This document shows positions 34,279-44,228 of a stretch of DNA of 64,000 nt, one piece after another. The stretch covers positions 3,781,661 through 3,845,660 of the forward strand of contig OZ250139.1 in NCBI GenBank assembly GCA_965237405.1, given 5' to 3'. This DNA comes from Vicinamibacterales bacterium. GTDB lineage: Bacteria; Acidobacteriota; Vicinamibacteria; Vicinamibacterales; UBA8438. A program made the translations under genes and the position numbers. Every line of letters begins with the position of its first letter. Position 1 is the first letter of the stretch. Below the pieces are notes generated by a model. The model was given only the letters and a program-made list of their open reading frames with translations. It was not told where the DNA came from and did no database searches.

Positions 34279-35391
34279 CTATGTGCGCGCGGCAGCCGCC
34301 TGCCGCTTGAGGTCGCTCAGTAGCGCATCAAGGTGATGCCACAATCCTTTGCGTGATCGGCGGCCGTGCTCAGACCCAACGACATACTCGCAGATCAACG
34401 GAAACGCGATCGTCGAGTCACAATACGCTACTACGGTATCTGGCAACTGTTCGGGGTTCACTTTTCCCCAGCTGACTGCCTCGGCGGGCGTTGCGCCCGA
34501 CAACCCACCCCACACCGCTTGGTCGGTCGTCAGTTGGATAAAGAAGTCGGTTCCCCTCTTAGGAATCCCATAGACCTCCCAAAGTGTCGGTTGGCCCTGC
34601 AGATAGAAGTTTTTTGGTGACCCACCCCCTAGAATCACACAGCCGTTCTTCTCGGCCGCCAACATGATCGCGCACACTTCGTTTACATCCCGATTTGAAT
34701 CGACCATGCACCGACCTTCATTGAGTAACGCATGATAAGCAAGGTTCATCCCAATCGAGCTATCCCCTGGTGACGACGTATAGATGGGCACACCTAGGGC
34801 AGCCGCCTTGGCCACGACCGAACACTCGGCACACGACGGGTGTTGCGTCAACAGGTCCTGTCCAAGCCGATAGTGAAGCTCCGCCGATGAGATGGGGCCT
34901 TCGACGGCGCTGCGAACGAAAAAGTCGCGCAGATACGCATCGGTCTCAAGAAGTACATCGGCGCTGAACAACACATCGTAGATGCGGATAATGCCACGCT
35001 CATGCAAGTCTATGTCGTCGAGGTAGGGTGAGCCGCGGTGCAACGTAAAGTTCAGTGCGTAATGCAGGTCGTGGTAGAGGTTCGCACCCGTGCTAACTAG
35101 AAAGTCCACCAGCCCGCGCTCCATTAACTCGATAACGCACCCGCCGAGCCCCGCGGGCGTCATCGCGCCAGCAACTGTAAGTCCGATGGTCGTATCGTGG
35201 GCGGGGTTCAGCATCCCATCGGTGAAGATGTGGCACGCCTCGGCGAGCCGGCCAGCGTTGAACGCCTGAAAACCCTCGTCGATCAGATGCCGAACCTCAG
35301 CGCTTCCACGTGGGCGATAGTAGCGGATCGACTTGCCGCTCAGGTAATCCGTCGTATCGGTGGATGAAGAGCCGGGCGCGTGGTGAGGCAC
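34279..35391 (-). CDS. Deoxyhypusine synthase-family protein
   Basis: AGAMTPAGLGG, LVDFLVSTGANLYHD, ILGGGSPKNF segments typical of the DHS fold. 370 aa. Confidence 0.75.
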   Translation of the reverse strand: MPHHAPGSSSTDTTDYLSGKSIRYYRPRGSAEVRHLIDEGFQAFNAGRLAEACHIFTDGMLNPAHDTTIGLTVAGAMTPAGLGGCVIELMERGLVDFLVSTGANLYHDLHYALNFTLHRGSPYLDDIDLHERGIIRIYDVLFSADVLLETDAYLRDFFVRSAVEGPISSAELHYRLGQDLLTQHPSCAECSVVAKAAALGVPIYTSSPGDSSIGMNLAYHALLNEGRCMVDSNRDVNEVCAIMLAAEKNGCVILGGGSPKNFYLQGQPTLWEVYGIPKRGTDFFIQLTTDQAVWGGLSGATPAEAVSWGKVNPEQLPDTVVAYCDSTIAFPLICEYVVGSEHGRRSRKGLWHHLDALLSDLKRQAAAART

Positions 35392-35500
35392 GAAGGATTC
35401 TAGATCGGGAAGTGTGGCACTGGGCGATGCCGACGGTCGTCATCAAGACCAGATCGCCGGGGAGCGGGAGACAGGTCGAACGTAGGTCGACGATCAGAAA

Positions 35501-35734
35501 TCATCTCTCAGGATCGACCCAGTCCGGTCGCCGCGCACCAACGGCAAACAGAAACAGAGCGCCCCCAGTCCCACCAAGTACCAAGCCGAGCCCGTCGGTC
35601 AACCACGACTCCCACGCCAACTCTAAGACCACCAGTGTGACAGCGCTAGAGACAAGTACGACGCCGGCGATCGCGGCGGGTATGCGGGCCTGAACAGATC
35701 GAAGAAACGCACCGCGCGCACGACGGAACAACAT
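35501..35734 (-). CDS. Small hypothetical membrane protein (2 TM)
   Basis: 77-aa hydrophobic ORF directly downstream of fabI. Confidence 0.4.
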   Translation of the reverse strand: MLFRRARGAFLRSVQARIPAAIAGVVLVSSAVTLVVLELAWESWLTDGLGLVLGGTGGALFLFAVGARRPDWVDPER

Positions 35735-35736
35735 AC

Positions 35737-36513
35737 CTACATACCGGTGGTGTGGTAGCCGCCATCCACCATCAAAACCTCACCCGTAACGCCGCGGCTC
35801 GCGACGCTCAGCAGAAATACCGCGGCATCCGCTACCTCATCAGCGTCGACGGTGCGACGCAGCGGAGCCCGCTCGCGATAGTGCTGCAAGATTCGACTGA
35901 ACCCAGGAATACCGGAAGCAGCCAATGTCTTGATCGGTCCGGCTGAAATTGCGTTGACGCGAACATTAGCCGGGCCGAGATCGTTCGCGAGGTATCGGAC
36001 AGACGCTTCGAGCGAAGCTTTTGCGACACCCATGACATTGTAATTCGGGAATACCCGCTCACTTCCTATGTAGGTCAACGTCAGGATGCTGCCGCCGCCA
36101 CGCCTCTCCATGAGCGGTGCCACCGCCCGTGCGAGTCCAACCAACGAGTACGAACTCACGTCGAGCGACTGAAGGAAGTCTTCCCGAGAGGTTTGGACGA
36201 ACGGCTCTTTGATGGCATCGCGCGACGCGAAGGCGACACCATGCACCAGAAAGTCGAGCCCACCGTGCTCAGCGTCGACCGCCGATGCAAGGTCGGCAAT
36301 TTCGTCGCCGCTCGTAACGTCGCAGGCCGCGAACTGGGGCGGCTGGCTGAGGGTCTCTGCCAACGCGCGCGTGTTCTCACCAAAGCGATCGTTCGCGTAG
36401 CTCAGGGTGAGACGAGCGCCGGCGGCGTCGGCGGCCTTCGCGATAGCCCATGCAAGGGATCGCTTATTCGCGACACCCACCACGAGGCCGTTCGATCCAT
36501 CAAGCGCACCCAT
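35737..36513 (-). CDS. fabI: Enoyl-[acyl-carrier-protein] reductase (NADH) FabI
   Basis: GVANKRSLAWAIAKA, YxxxxxxK context (MGVAKASLEASVRYLA), NAISAGPIKTLAASGI. ATG 36513 chosen because FabI N-termini normally start just before the glycine-rich loop. Confidence 0.9.
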   Translation of the reverse strand: MGALDGSNGLVVGVANKRSLAWAIAKAADAAGARLTLSYANDRFGENTRALAETLSQPPQFAACDVTSGDEIADLASAVDAEHGGLDFLVHGVAFASRDAIKEPFVQTSREDFLQSLDVSSYSLVGLARAVAPLMERRGGGSILTLTYIGSERVFPNYNVMGVAKASLEASVRYLANDLGPANVRVNAISAGPIKTLAASGIPGFSRILQHYRERAPLRRTVDADEVADAAVFLLSVASRGVTGEVLMVDGGYHTTGM

Positions 36514-36527
36514 CGGAAATTGAGTAA

Positions 36528-37010
36528 TCAGCGCTTGCGCCCCTTGTCTTGACGAGAAGACAAGGACCGGTTTCCTGATTCGGAACGGTGCTGACCTTGG
36601 CCGTAGGGACGAGACGACCATTTCCGGTTACCCGACTGCTGCGAAACCGCGCTATCCCCTCGCACTGCGCGCTGAGGACTGCCGTGGTCACGTCCACTTC
36701 GCTTCTTGCCCTTGTTCGGTATGGTGGAACCTGGATGTCCGCTATCTTGCACGAAACGGCCGTTCCGGTTCGGCTGTCGCTCGACCGGCCCTTGCGCCTG
36801 CTGCTGATGCATTGTGAACACCGGGGGTTGCCGCGGCGTCGAAGGGCCACCGGCTGGCGGCTGAAGGGTGGCACGAATTAGCGGTCGACGAACCGCGCCA
36901 TCGTCCGAATCGTCGGTCCCGGACCCAGTATCCGGAGGGCCTGAGTCTTCCGGCTGCATGGCCGATTCCACGTCTTTCAGTTCATCGGACATACGCTCAC
37001 GTTCACTCAT
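36528..37010 (-). CDS. Possible low-complexity, highly basic/disordered protein
   Basis: ORF from MSERERMSDELKDVE... The acidic N-terminus is followed by Q/R/G/S-rich sequence. There is no recognisable domain and it could be non-coding. Confidence 0.25.
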   Translation of the reverse strand: MSERERMSDELKDVESAMQPEDSGPPDTGSGTDDSDDGAVRRPLIRATLQPPAGGPSTPRQPPVFTMHQQQAQGPVERQPNRNGRFVQDSGHPGSTIPNKGKKRSGRDHGSPQRAVRGDSAVSQQSGNRKWSSRPYGQGQHRSESGNRSLSSRQDKGRKR

Positions 37011-37362
37011 CGGTAATCGACTCGTGTTCCTCGAATGAAGTTCGTCGTCCAAAAAAGCGGAGCGCGACACCCGGATACGAGATCCTGCTCACGGTCGTCT
37101 CGACCTAAGTCTCTGTGCGCTGGCATGGACGCGCGTGGGATCGTCTCCCACGTGAACCGAATGTAATGCGGCTACCCGATGGCCAGCGGTAGGTTGGGAA
37201 CGTCTACGCGCAGGAAGCTCTGAGTCTAGCAGAGCCGCCGAAGCCGTGGCAATCCCCGCTATCGACCCATGTTCGTATCCACCTGGTCCGCAAGAATGCC
37301 TGCGTCAGCGGCTTAAAGACAAGGCCGAGAAACCCAACAGCACCGCGTTGCAGACGTCCGTA

Positions 37363-38760
37363 TTACGATGATCGCTGGGCTTCCGCCACCCAAGACTTTA
37401 GACCATCCAACGCGTGGCGAACGGCCTCGGGATTCGTCGACTGAGGGGTGCGACGCCCGCGTACTGATCCAGCCCCCGTGATGTGCTCGGCGATATCTGC
37501 GTCAAACAACTCGTGATACGACCGCCACTCAACCGCAGTCAAAGCATCAAACTCTCGTCCCTGTCCGACCAAGTCACGTACTATACCCCCTACCACCTCG
37601 TGCGCACGGCGGAACGGCAACCCTCGATTGACGAGATAGTCAGCGACGTCGGTCGCTAGCAGCATGCCCGTTGCCGAACTGCGAGCCTGATCCTCGCGAA
37701 TTCGAAGGGTCGTGACGACGGTTGTCATAGCTCGAATCGAGTCGCGTACCGTTCGCTCCGCATCGAAGAGCGCCTCTTTATCTTCTTGGAGGTCCTTATT
37801 GTAGCCACTAGGAAGACCCTTCATCGTCGTCAGCCAGCCGACGTGGTGGCCCACCACGCGCCCAGTCTTTCCTCGGACGAGCTCCAGCGGGTCAGGATTC
37901 TTTTTCTGAGGCATGAGACTGCTGCCAGTGGCTACTGCGTCGGCAAGCTCAAAGAACCCAAACTCCTCGCCGGTGAAGATAATGAGGTCTTCGGCCAACC
38001 GACTCAGGTGGACCATAACGAGGGCGAACGCATGAAGCGCCGCGGACACGAAGTCTCGGTCGGCCGCCGCATCGACACTATTGGCCACGATACGCGAGAA
38101 GCCCAATCTAGCTGCCAGCCGGGTCGTGTCGACGGCGTAGCTGGTACCGACAACCGCGCCCGAGCCAAGCGGTAGCGCATCGGCTTCGTCGCGAGCGTGC
38201 TCGAGTCGGGTATAGTCCCTCCTGAGCGCCGCGGCGTGGGCCAGGAAAAAATGTGCAGCGAGCATCGGCTGGGCGCGGCGGAGGTGCGTGTAAGCGGGTA
38301 TCAACGTCGATCCAGCGGACTCGGCTCGGGTGCCTAGTGCTGCCGTGAGCTTGACCAGCTCATGCTGGAGCGCGCGGACTCGCCTACGAAGGTACAGTCT
38401 CAAATCCAGTGACACTTGTTCGTTGCGAGACCGACCCGTGTGCAGCCGGCGCCCAACGTCGCCAACGCGCTCCACCAATCGCCGCTCGACGAACGCATGG
38501 ACATCCTCGTCGGCTCCGGAAATGAACGTGGGATCTTGTCGACCTTGCTCCCTGATTTCTGTGAGGCCCGTCATGATCGCCGCGGCGTCGTCAGCCGACA
38601 GCACCCCTGCACCGGCCAGTGCCTCTGCCCACGCGATGCTACCCTCGACGTCGTCATCGAACAGTCGACGGTCGAAGCTGAACGACGCCTGGAACTCGAA
38701 TACTTCCTGGTCCGGAGCCTCGGCGAAACGCCCCGACCAGAGATGACGATCTTCGGTCAT
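37363..38760 (-). CDS. argH: Argininosuccinate lyase
   Basis: LWSGRF..., signature GSSLMPQKKNPD. ATG 38760 lies 8 nt after the argG stop. Confidence 0.95.
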   Translation of the reverse strand: MTEDRHLWSGRFAEAPDQEVFEFQASFSFDRRLFDDDVEGSIAWAEALAGAGVLSADDAAAIMTGLTEIREQGRQDPTFISGADEDVHAFVERRLVERVGDVGRRLHTGRSRNEQVSLDLRLYLRRRVRALQHELVKLTAALGTRAESAGSTLIPAYTHLRRAQPMLAAHFFLAHAAALRRDYTRLEHARDEADALPLGSGAVVGTSYAVDTTRLAARLGFSRIVANSVDAAADRDFVSAALHAFALVMVHLSRLAEDLIIFTGEEFGFFELADAVATGSSLMPQKKNPDPLELVRGKTGRVVGHHVGWLTTMKGLPSGYNKDLQEDKEALFDAERTVRDSIRAMTTVVTTLRIREDQARSSATGMLLATDVADYLVNRGLPFRRAHEVVGGIVRDLVGQGREFDALTAVEWRSYHELFDADIAEHITGAGSVRGRRTPQSTNPEAVRHALDGLKSWVAEAQRSS

Positions 38761-38768
38761 GCGATGTT

Positions 38769-40007
38769 TCAGGTTGAAGACTTCGCCGGCGACGCGCCAG
38801 GCTCGGCGACTGTGCCCAGGTAAGACTCTCGCCGCGCGGCCGTTTCGACCGGTAGACCCCACAGCTTAATGAAGCCTACAGCCGCGGAATGGTCAAACAC
38901 GTCACCTTCGTCATAGGTCGCCAGTTCCGTGTCGTAGAGCGCATATTCGGACTTGCGGCCAACCACCCGGCAGTCGCCGCGATAAAGCTTGAGGCGCGTG
39001 CTGCCCGTGACCCGTTCCTGGACCTTGCCCACAAACGCATCGATCGCTTCGCGTGTGGGCGTGAACCACAGCCCGTTGTAGACCAAGTCGGCGTAGGTCC
39101 GGCCAAGGGTATCCTTCAGTCGCTCGAGGTCCTTCGGAATCACCAACGACTCGAGCTCCCGGTGTGCTGAATGTAGAACGGTTGCGGCTGGCGCCTCATA
39201 GATTTCGCGAGATTTGATACCAACGAGACGATTCTCAACCATGTCGATGCGCCCCACACCATGCGCCCCGGCAATCGTTTCGAGTGAGTGGATCAACTCG
39301 GTCAGCGGCATTCCCACTCCGTTGATCTTCGTGGGTAAACCGGAGTCAAACTCGACCTCAACGTAGGCTGGTACGCCGGGACATTCGGTTGGTGACTTCG
39401 TGAGCGTGTAGATCTCCTCCGGCGGCTCAATCCACGGGTCCTCCAGCACTCCGCATTCGATCGAACGACCCCAGAGATTGGAGTCGGTGCTGTACGGGCT
39501 CTCGACCGTCGTCGGCACCTGGATTCCGTGGGTCTTGGCGTACTCGATCTCGTCAGGGCGCGTCATTCCCCACTCGCGGGCCGGAGCCACGACAGTGATG
39601 GTCGGATCGAGCGCGCGCGCTGACACGTCCATCCGCACCTGATCGTTGCCCTTGCCTGTGCACCCATGGGCAATCATCCCGGCTCCCTCAAAATGCGCAA
39701 CCTCGACCAACTTCTTGGTAATCAGCGGTCGGCCGAGCGCAGTTGCCAGCGGATATTTACCTTCGTACACCGCCCCGGCCTGAAGGGCCGGCATAATGTA
39801 GTCACGGGCAAACTCTTCCCGAACGTCGACGACGTGCGCACGCACCGCTCCGACCGCAAGCGCGCGCTCCCTGACATCATCGAGTTCCTTCCCCTGCCCC
39901 AGATCCATTGTGACTGCGATCACCTCCGCGTCGTACCTCTCGGTGAGCCACTTGACGGCGACTGAGGTATCGAGGCCACCGGAATACGCAAGAACGATTT
40001 TCTCCAT
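38769..40007 (-). CDS. argG: Argininosuccinate synthase
   Basis: LAYSGGLDTSV, AHGCTGKGNDQVR, SPYSTDSNLWGRS. Confidence 0.95.
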   Translation of the reverse strand: MEKIVLAYSGGLDTSVAVKWLTERYDAEVIAVTMDLGQGKELDDVRERALAVGAVRAHVVDVREEFARDYIMPALQAGAVYEGKYPLATALGRPLITKKLVEVAHFEGAGMIAHGCTGKGNDQVRMDVSARALDPTITVVAPAREWGMTRPDEIEYAKTHGIQVPTTVESPYSTDSNLWGRSIECGVLEDPWIEPPEEIYTLTKSPTECPGVPAYVEVEFDSGLPTKINGVGMPLTELIHSLETIAGAHGVGRIDMVENRLVGIKSREIYEAPAATVLHSAHRELESLVIPKDLERLKDTLGRTYADLVYNGLWFTPTREAIDAFVGKVQERVTGSTRLKLYRGDCRVVGRKSEYALYDTELATYDEGDVFDHSAAVGFIKLWGLPVETAARRESYLGTVAEPGASPAKSST

Positions 40008-40051
40008 AACTCCCCCGTCGATACCGACTTAGGCTTACCGTTCGGAGGTAC

Positions 40052-40504
40052 TCATCCTCTGGCCCAGCCTTCGATCAACCGCTTAACTTCGCGTCCCGCT
40101 CGAGCGTGACGGGTGATAACGAGGATCGTGTCGTCCCCACCGACGGTCCCGACAACATCCGCCAGCTCGGCCCGGTCGATGGCCAGCGCCAGCGGCTGTG
40201 CGAGACCGGGATCGGTTCGTAGCACTAGTAGCTGCTGAACCTGGTCAACCCGGCGTAGATAATCAGACACCGCTCGCCTGACCACCGCGTCAGCAGCTCC
40301 CCCAGCCTTGGCGACAATGCCAGGCCTCTGATACGCGCCATCAGCCGCTCGCTTGACGAACCCGAGCTCCTTGATGTCGCGCGAGATCGTAGCCTGGGTC
40401 GCGTTGAAGCCTTTCGCCCGTAGCCGTTGCCTCAGCTGCTCCTGGCTACCGATATCTTCCTGGGTGACTAGGTCAAGAATGGCGGACTGCCGGTAGTGCT
40501 TCAT
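40052..40504 (-). CDS. argR: Arginine repressor
   Basis: 150 aa. wHTH FNATQATISRDIKELG and C-terminal GTVGGDDTILV oligomerisation/arginine-binding motif. Confidence 0.9.
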   Translation of the reverse strand: MKHYRQSAILDLVTQEDIGSQEQLRQRLRAKGFNATQATISRDIKELGFVKRAADGAYQRPGIVAKAGGAADAVVRRAVSDYLRRVDQVQQLLVLRTDPGLAQPLALAIDRAELADVVGTVGGDDTILVITRHARAGREVKRLIEGWARG

Positions 40505-40517
40505 ATTTATACATAAC

Positions 40518-40535
40518 TATGAATTACTATACATC
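40518..40535. promoter_or_regulatory. ARG box 1 (TATGAATTACTATACATC), overlapping the putative argR -10
   Basis: Fits the TNTGAATWWWWATTCANW consensus at most positions. The argR promoter candidate is -35 TTGCAG (40549..40554, minus), 17 nt spacer, -10 TATAGT (40526..40531, minus). Confidence 0.55.
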
Positions 40536-40608
40536 ATAAAAAGTCTAGCTGCAACGGCAAAATTACCCTCGCATTAATCCTTTTACTCGTCTGACCGACT
40601 ACTTTGAT

Positions 40609-40638
40609 TTGACGCCAAAGTATCGAAAGGTGTATAAA
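40609..40638 (+). promoter_or_regulatory. Candidate sigma70 promoter of argC operon (TTGACG - 18 nt - TATAAA)
   Basis: Hexamers at 40609..40614 and 40633..40638 in the AT-rich divergent region. Confidence 0.45.
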
Positions 40639-40650
40639 TAAACTTTTTAT

Positions 40651-40668
40651 CGCATAAATATTCATAAC
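40651..40668. promoter_or_regulatory. ARG box 2 (reverse complement TTATGAATATTTATGCG)
   Basis: Good match to the TNTGAATWWWWATKCA core. It lies just downstream of the candidate argC -10, 21 nt before the argC ATG. Confidence 0.55.
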
Positions 40669-40688
40669 ATTACTATCAAACTTAAACC

Positions 40689-41672
40689 ATGAGGCTACAA
40701 ATTGGAATCGTCGGCGCCACTGGCTACGTTGGCCAAGAGCTGATTCGTTTGGTCGCCCGTCACCCGCGCGCCGAGGTTGCAGTCGCGATGACGTCGAGTA
40801 CGGGAGAAGAAAACCGCACGCTGCCCGCGTTGACGGATATCTGGGATGGTGATCTGTCTGGATTCGACATCGATCTGCTCGCAGACACCGACGTCGTGTT
40901 TCTGGCTTTACCTGACACTGTAAGCGCGGAGCTCGCCCCAGAACTGCTGTCAAAGGGCCGAAGGGTGCTTGACCTCTCTGGAGCGTTCCGATTGAGGAAC
41001 GCCGACGTTCGACGACGCTGGTATCCCAACACACCTGATCTTGAGCATCCAGCCGTGTATGGGCTGACTGAACGCCGTCGCGACCAGCTGCGGGAAGCGC
41101 GCTTCGTGAGTTGCCCGGGATGCTACCCGACCGCAGCGCTGCTGGCGCTGGAGCCACTCGTGGCCGCCGGACTCATCACCGGTGAGATCACTATCGACGC
41201 TAAGTCGGGTATTTCCGGCGCGGGGCGGCAACTGAAGCTTCGGTATCACTTCTCGGAATGTCACGCCAACGTGGTGCCGTACGGAATCTTTGCGCACCGC
41301 CACGGGGCCGAGATCGAGCAAGAACTGGAGCACGAAGTCACCTTCGTCCCGCATCTCATGCCATTTGACCGTGGCATTCTCGAGACGATCTATACGCGTG
41401 TTACGCCACGTGCGAGCACAGCCGCGATCGGTGAGGTGCTCCGTCAAGCCTATGACGATGCGCCGTTTGTTCGGCTGCGCGCCGATGTCGTTCCAGAAAT
41501 CGCGCATGTTGCCTACACCAACTACTGCGACATCGGATGGACCCTTGACGCCGCGACTGGGCGTCTAGTGATCGTCTCGTGCATCGACAACTTGTTGAAG
41601 GGTGCGGCCGGACAAGCGCTACAGTGTATGAACGTTACCCTTGGGCTTGACGAGCGCGAAGGGCTTGGCTGA
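40689..41672 (+). CDS. argC: N-acetyl-gamma-glutamyl-phosphate reductase
   Basis: IGIVGATGYVGQELIRLV, active-site SCPGCYPTA. Confidence 0.95.
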   Translation: MRLQIGIVGATGYVGQELIRLVARHPRAEVAVAMTSSTGEENRTLPALTDIWDGDLSGFDIDLLADTDVVFLALPDTVSAELAPELLSKGRRVLDLSGAFRLRNADVRRRWYPNTPDLEHPAVYGLTERRRDQLREARFVSCPGCYPTAALLALEPLVAAGLITGEITIDAKSGISGAGRQLKLRYHFSECHANVVPYGIFAHRHGAEIEQELEHEVTFVPHLMPFDRGILETIYTRVTPRASTAAIGEVLRQAYDDAPFVRLRADVVPEIAHVAYTNYCDIGWTLDAATGRLVIVSCIDNLLKGAAGQALQCMNVTLGLDEREGLG

Positions 41673-42496
41673 TGCCACCGCGGTGTCCAACGTTAGTCAA
41701 ATTCGGCGGCGAGTTGCTCGAGGAGCCGCGGCGGCTCAGGCGCATCGCGAAAATCCTTACCGAGGCATCGAGACGAGTGCCGATCGTCGTCGTTCATGGT
41801 GGCGGTCGGGAAGTCGACGGCGAAATGGCCAGACTGGGAATTCCCAAGCAAACCGTTGACGGCCTGAGGATTACCGACACCGATACCCTCGACGTCGTGC
41901 TCGGCGTACTGGCGGGCCGAGTCAACACCCGGTTCGTCGCGGCGATCGGCGCAGCCGGCGGAAGTGCCGTTGGTCTCACGGGGGTCGATGGCGGACTGAC
42001 ACAGGTCCGACGAGTACGACGATATCGGACAACGCAAGGAAAATCGATCGACCTTGGATTTGTCGGCGTTCCGACCGGACATGGCTCGGCTCGCGTCATT
42101 GAACAATTAACTCGGGCAGGGCATATCCCAGTCGTGGCGAGCATCGGCGTCGACAGAACCGGGCGACTGTATAACGTCAACGCCGACACCCTGGCCGGTG
42201 ACCTGGCTCCGCGTATCGGCGCACGGGCCCTCATCATCGCCGGGACGACGGCCGGGGTTCTCGACGCAAGCGGTCGAACCATTCCAGTTGCGGACACCGC
42301 GCGCATCGACAGCTTGATTCGGGAAGGTCAGGCCAGCGCGGGCATGGTAGCAAAGTTGCTCGCATGCCGCGCCGCGTGCATGGCAGGTGTGAGCAACGTG
42401 GCGGTCGTCAATGGTAAGCGAACGAACTTTCTCGAGACAGGTGATGCGTCCGGCATAACGAGGGTGACCGGAACACGCGGGAGCAAGAAACGATGA
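41672..42496 (+). CDS. argB: Acetylglutamate kinase
   Basis: VKFGGE, VVVHGGG, LYNVNADT motifs. TGATG overlap with argC. Confidence 0.9.
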   Translation: MPPRCPTLVKFGGELLEEPRRLRRIAKILTEASRRVPIVVVHGGGREVDGEMARLGIPKQTVDGLRITDTDTLDVVLGVLAGRVNTRFVAAIGAAGGSAVGLTGVDGGLTQVRRVRRYRTTQGKSIDLGFVGVPTGHGSARVIEQLTRAGHIPVVASIGVDRTGRLYNVNADTLAGDLAPRIGARALIIAGTTAGVLDASGRTIPVADTARIDSLIREGQASAGMVAKLLACRAACMAGVSNVAVVNGKRTNFLETGDASGITRVTGTRGSKKR

Positions 42497-43704
42497 CGAT
42501 CGATGCCGGACAAGTTCGGGAGATCGAGGCCACCCACGTCCTCCAAGTCTACAAACGCATTCCGATCGTCTTTGTGCGTGGGAAGGGCGCGAGGCTGGTC
42601 GATACCGAAGGCCGAGAGTACATCGACTTTCTCTCGGGGATCGGAGTGGCATCGCTCGGACATGCCCACGCCGGACTCGCGGACGCGATCAATGAACAGG
42701 CACGGGAGCTCGTTCACACGTCGAACCTATTCTTTCACGCGCTGCAAGGCGTGGTCGCCGAGAAGCTTACGCGGCTCTCCGGGCTCGATCGAGTGTTCTT
42801 TAGTAACAGCGGGACCGAAGCTGTCGAGGCGTGTCTCAAGTTCGCTCGACGGTACTGGCACACCCGCGGTGAAACGACCCGAACCGGCATCGTGGCGTTT
42901 AATCGATCGTTTCACGGACGTACCTTTGGAGCACTCTCGGTGACATCGGGTGCGGCCTACCGTGACCCATTCAAGCCGCTGGTCCCAGACGTAATGTTCG
43001 TTTCGGCCGATGACCCGACCACGATTCGACAGGCTGTGACCCCAAACACGGCCGCGATAATTGTCGAACCGATCCAGGGCGAAGGCGGTGTCTTGCCACT
43101 GCCTGCAGCGACGGCCAACACCATCAGCGCAGTCTGCCGAGATACCGGTACGTTACTGATCGCCGACGAGGTCCAGTGTGGTCTCGGTCGAACCGGCTAT
43201 CCGTTCTATTCGAACGTGCTCGGGCTTAAACCTGACCTTATGTCTCTCGGGAAGGCCCTCGGCGCTGGCGTGCCGGTCGGCGCAGCTCTGATAAGCCAGC
43301 GTGTGGCGGATTCGGTCAGCTTTGGCGACCACGGCAGTACCTATGGTGGTAACCTGCTGGCTTGTCGAGCCGCGCTGGTGTTTCTGGACGTTCTAGAATC
43401 TGGCCTGCTTGAGCGTGTTGGTGCCGCTGGAGTTCGCCTCGAAGCTGGGCTGCGATCGCTCGCGTCGGCGCACTCCGAAATCGGTGAAATTCGGGGCAAA
43501 GGCCTCATGTGGGGTTTCGATGTTCAAGAGAACGTGGCCGAACGCATGGTGGGGGCAGCGCTCGGGCATGGATTGATCGTGAACCGAATAGCCGGCACGG
43601 TCATTCGGTTGTTGCCACCGCTCACGATCAGCGACGTTGAGATTGACGAAGGCATCGCCCGACTCGCCACAGCTATCGAGACCGCAACTGCGGAGGCAAC
43701 GTGA
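42493..43704 (+). CDS. argD: Acetylornithine aminotransferase
   Basis: Class-III aminotransferase: FSNSGTEAVE, LIADEVQCGLGRTG, LGKALGAG (PLP Lys). Confidence 0.9.
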   Translation: MTIDAGQVREIEATHVLQVYKRIPIVFVRGKGARLVDTEGREYIDFLSGIGVASLGHAHAGLADAINEQARELVHTSNLFFHALQGVVAEKLTRLSGLDRVFFSNSGTEAVEACLKFARRYWHTRGETTRTGIVAFNRSFHGRTFGALSVTSGAAYRDPFKPLVPDVMFVSADDPTTIRQAVTPNTAAIIVEPIQGEGGVLPLPAATANTISAVCRDTGTLLIADEVQCGLGRTGYPFYSNVLGLKPDLMSLGKALGAGVPVGAALISQRVADSVSFGDHGSTYGGNLLACRAALVFLDVLESGLLERVGAAGVRLEAGLRSLASAHSEIGEIRGKGLMWGFDVQENVAERMVGAALGHGLIVNRIAGTVIRLLPPLTISDVEIDEGIARLATAIETATAEAT

Positions 43705-44228
43705 GCCGATCCCAAGCCGTGTCAGCCGACTCGGATCTGACACCCACGGGCGACCGGGTTCGAATACGCCCTGCCGAAGCTGACGAAGCTGACGACCTGT
43801 TTCATTTGATCATGGACAACGTCGAGTCAGGCCACCTATTGCCGCGACCGCTCGGTGAAGTCGTCCTTCATGTCCCGCGTTTCCTCGTTGCGGCCGGGCC
43901 GGAGGGAGTCGTAGGATGCGCGGAACTCTCACGACTGAGTCCGCGAATGGCCGAGGTTCGATCGCTCGTTGTCGCTGAGAAATATCGGGGCATGGGCATC
44001 GGCACCCGCCTCCTGAAAACGGTCCTCGATACGGCCCGTGAACAGCGGCATCCGCACATCTGCGGGTTTACCCACGACCCTCGACCATTCATCCGGTTCG
44101 GGTTCTCCATCGTGCCTCACCCATGGATTCCTGACAAGATCGCCTCGGACTGCCAAAGCTGCATATGGTTTCGGCACTGCACCCAGTACGCGGTTATCCT
44201 CGACATCGAGAAAAAAGTGACCTCCTGA
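43701..44228 (+). CDS. GNAT N-acetyltransferase, short N-acetylglutamate-synthase-like
   Basis: Acetyl-CoA motif YRGMGIGTRLL and the C-terminal PDKIASDCQSCIWFRHC tail typical of short ArgA-like proteins found in arg clusters. Confidence 0.65.
   Translation: MSRSQAVSADSDLTPTGDRVRIRPAEADEADDLFHLIMDNVESGHLLPRPLGEVVLHVPRFLVAAGPEGVVGCAELSRLSPRMAEVRSLVVAEKYRGMGIGTRLLKTVLDTAREQRHPHICGFTHDPRPFIRFGFSIVPHPWIPDKIASDCQSCIWFRHCTQYAVILDIEKKVTS

Noticed and set aside
37071-37362. Checked both strands for SRP RNA, 6S RNA, RNase P RNA and tmRNA signatures
   Set aside because: None of the conserved cores was found, such as GGAAGCAGCC for the SRP helix 8 region or GAGGAAAGUCCGGGC for RNase P. Only generic hairpins are present.
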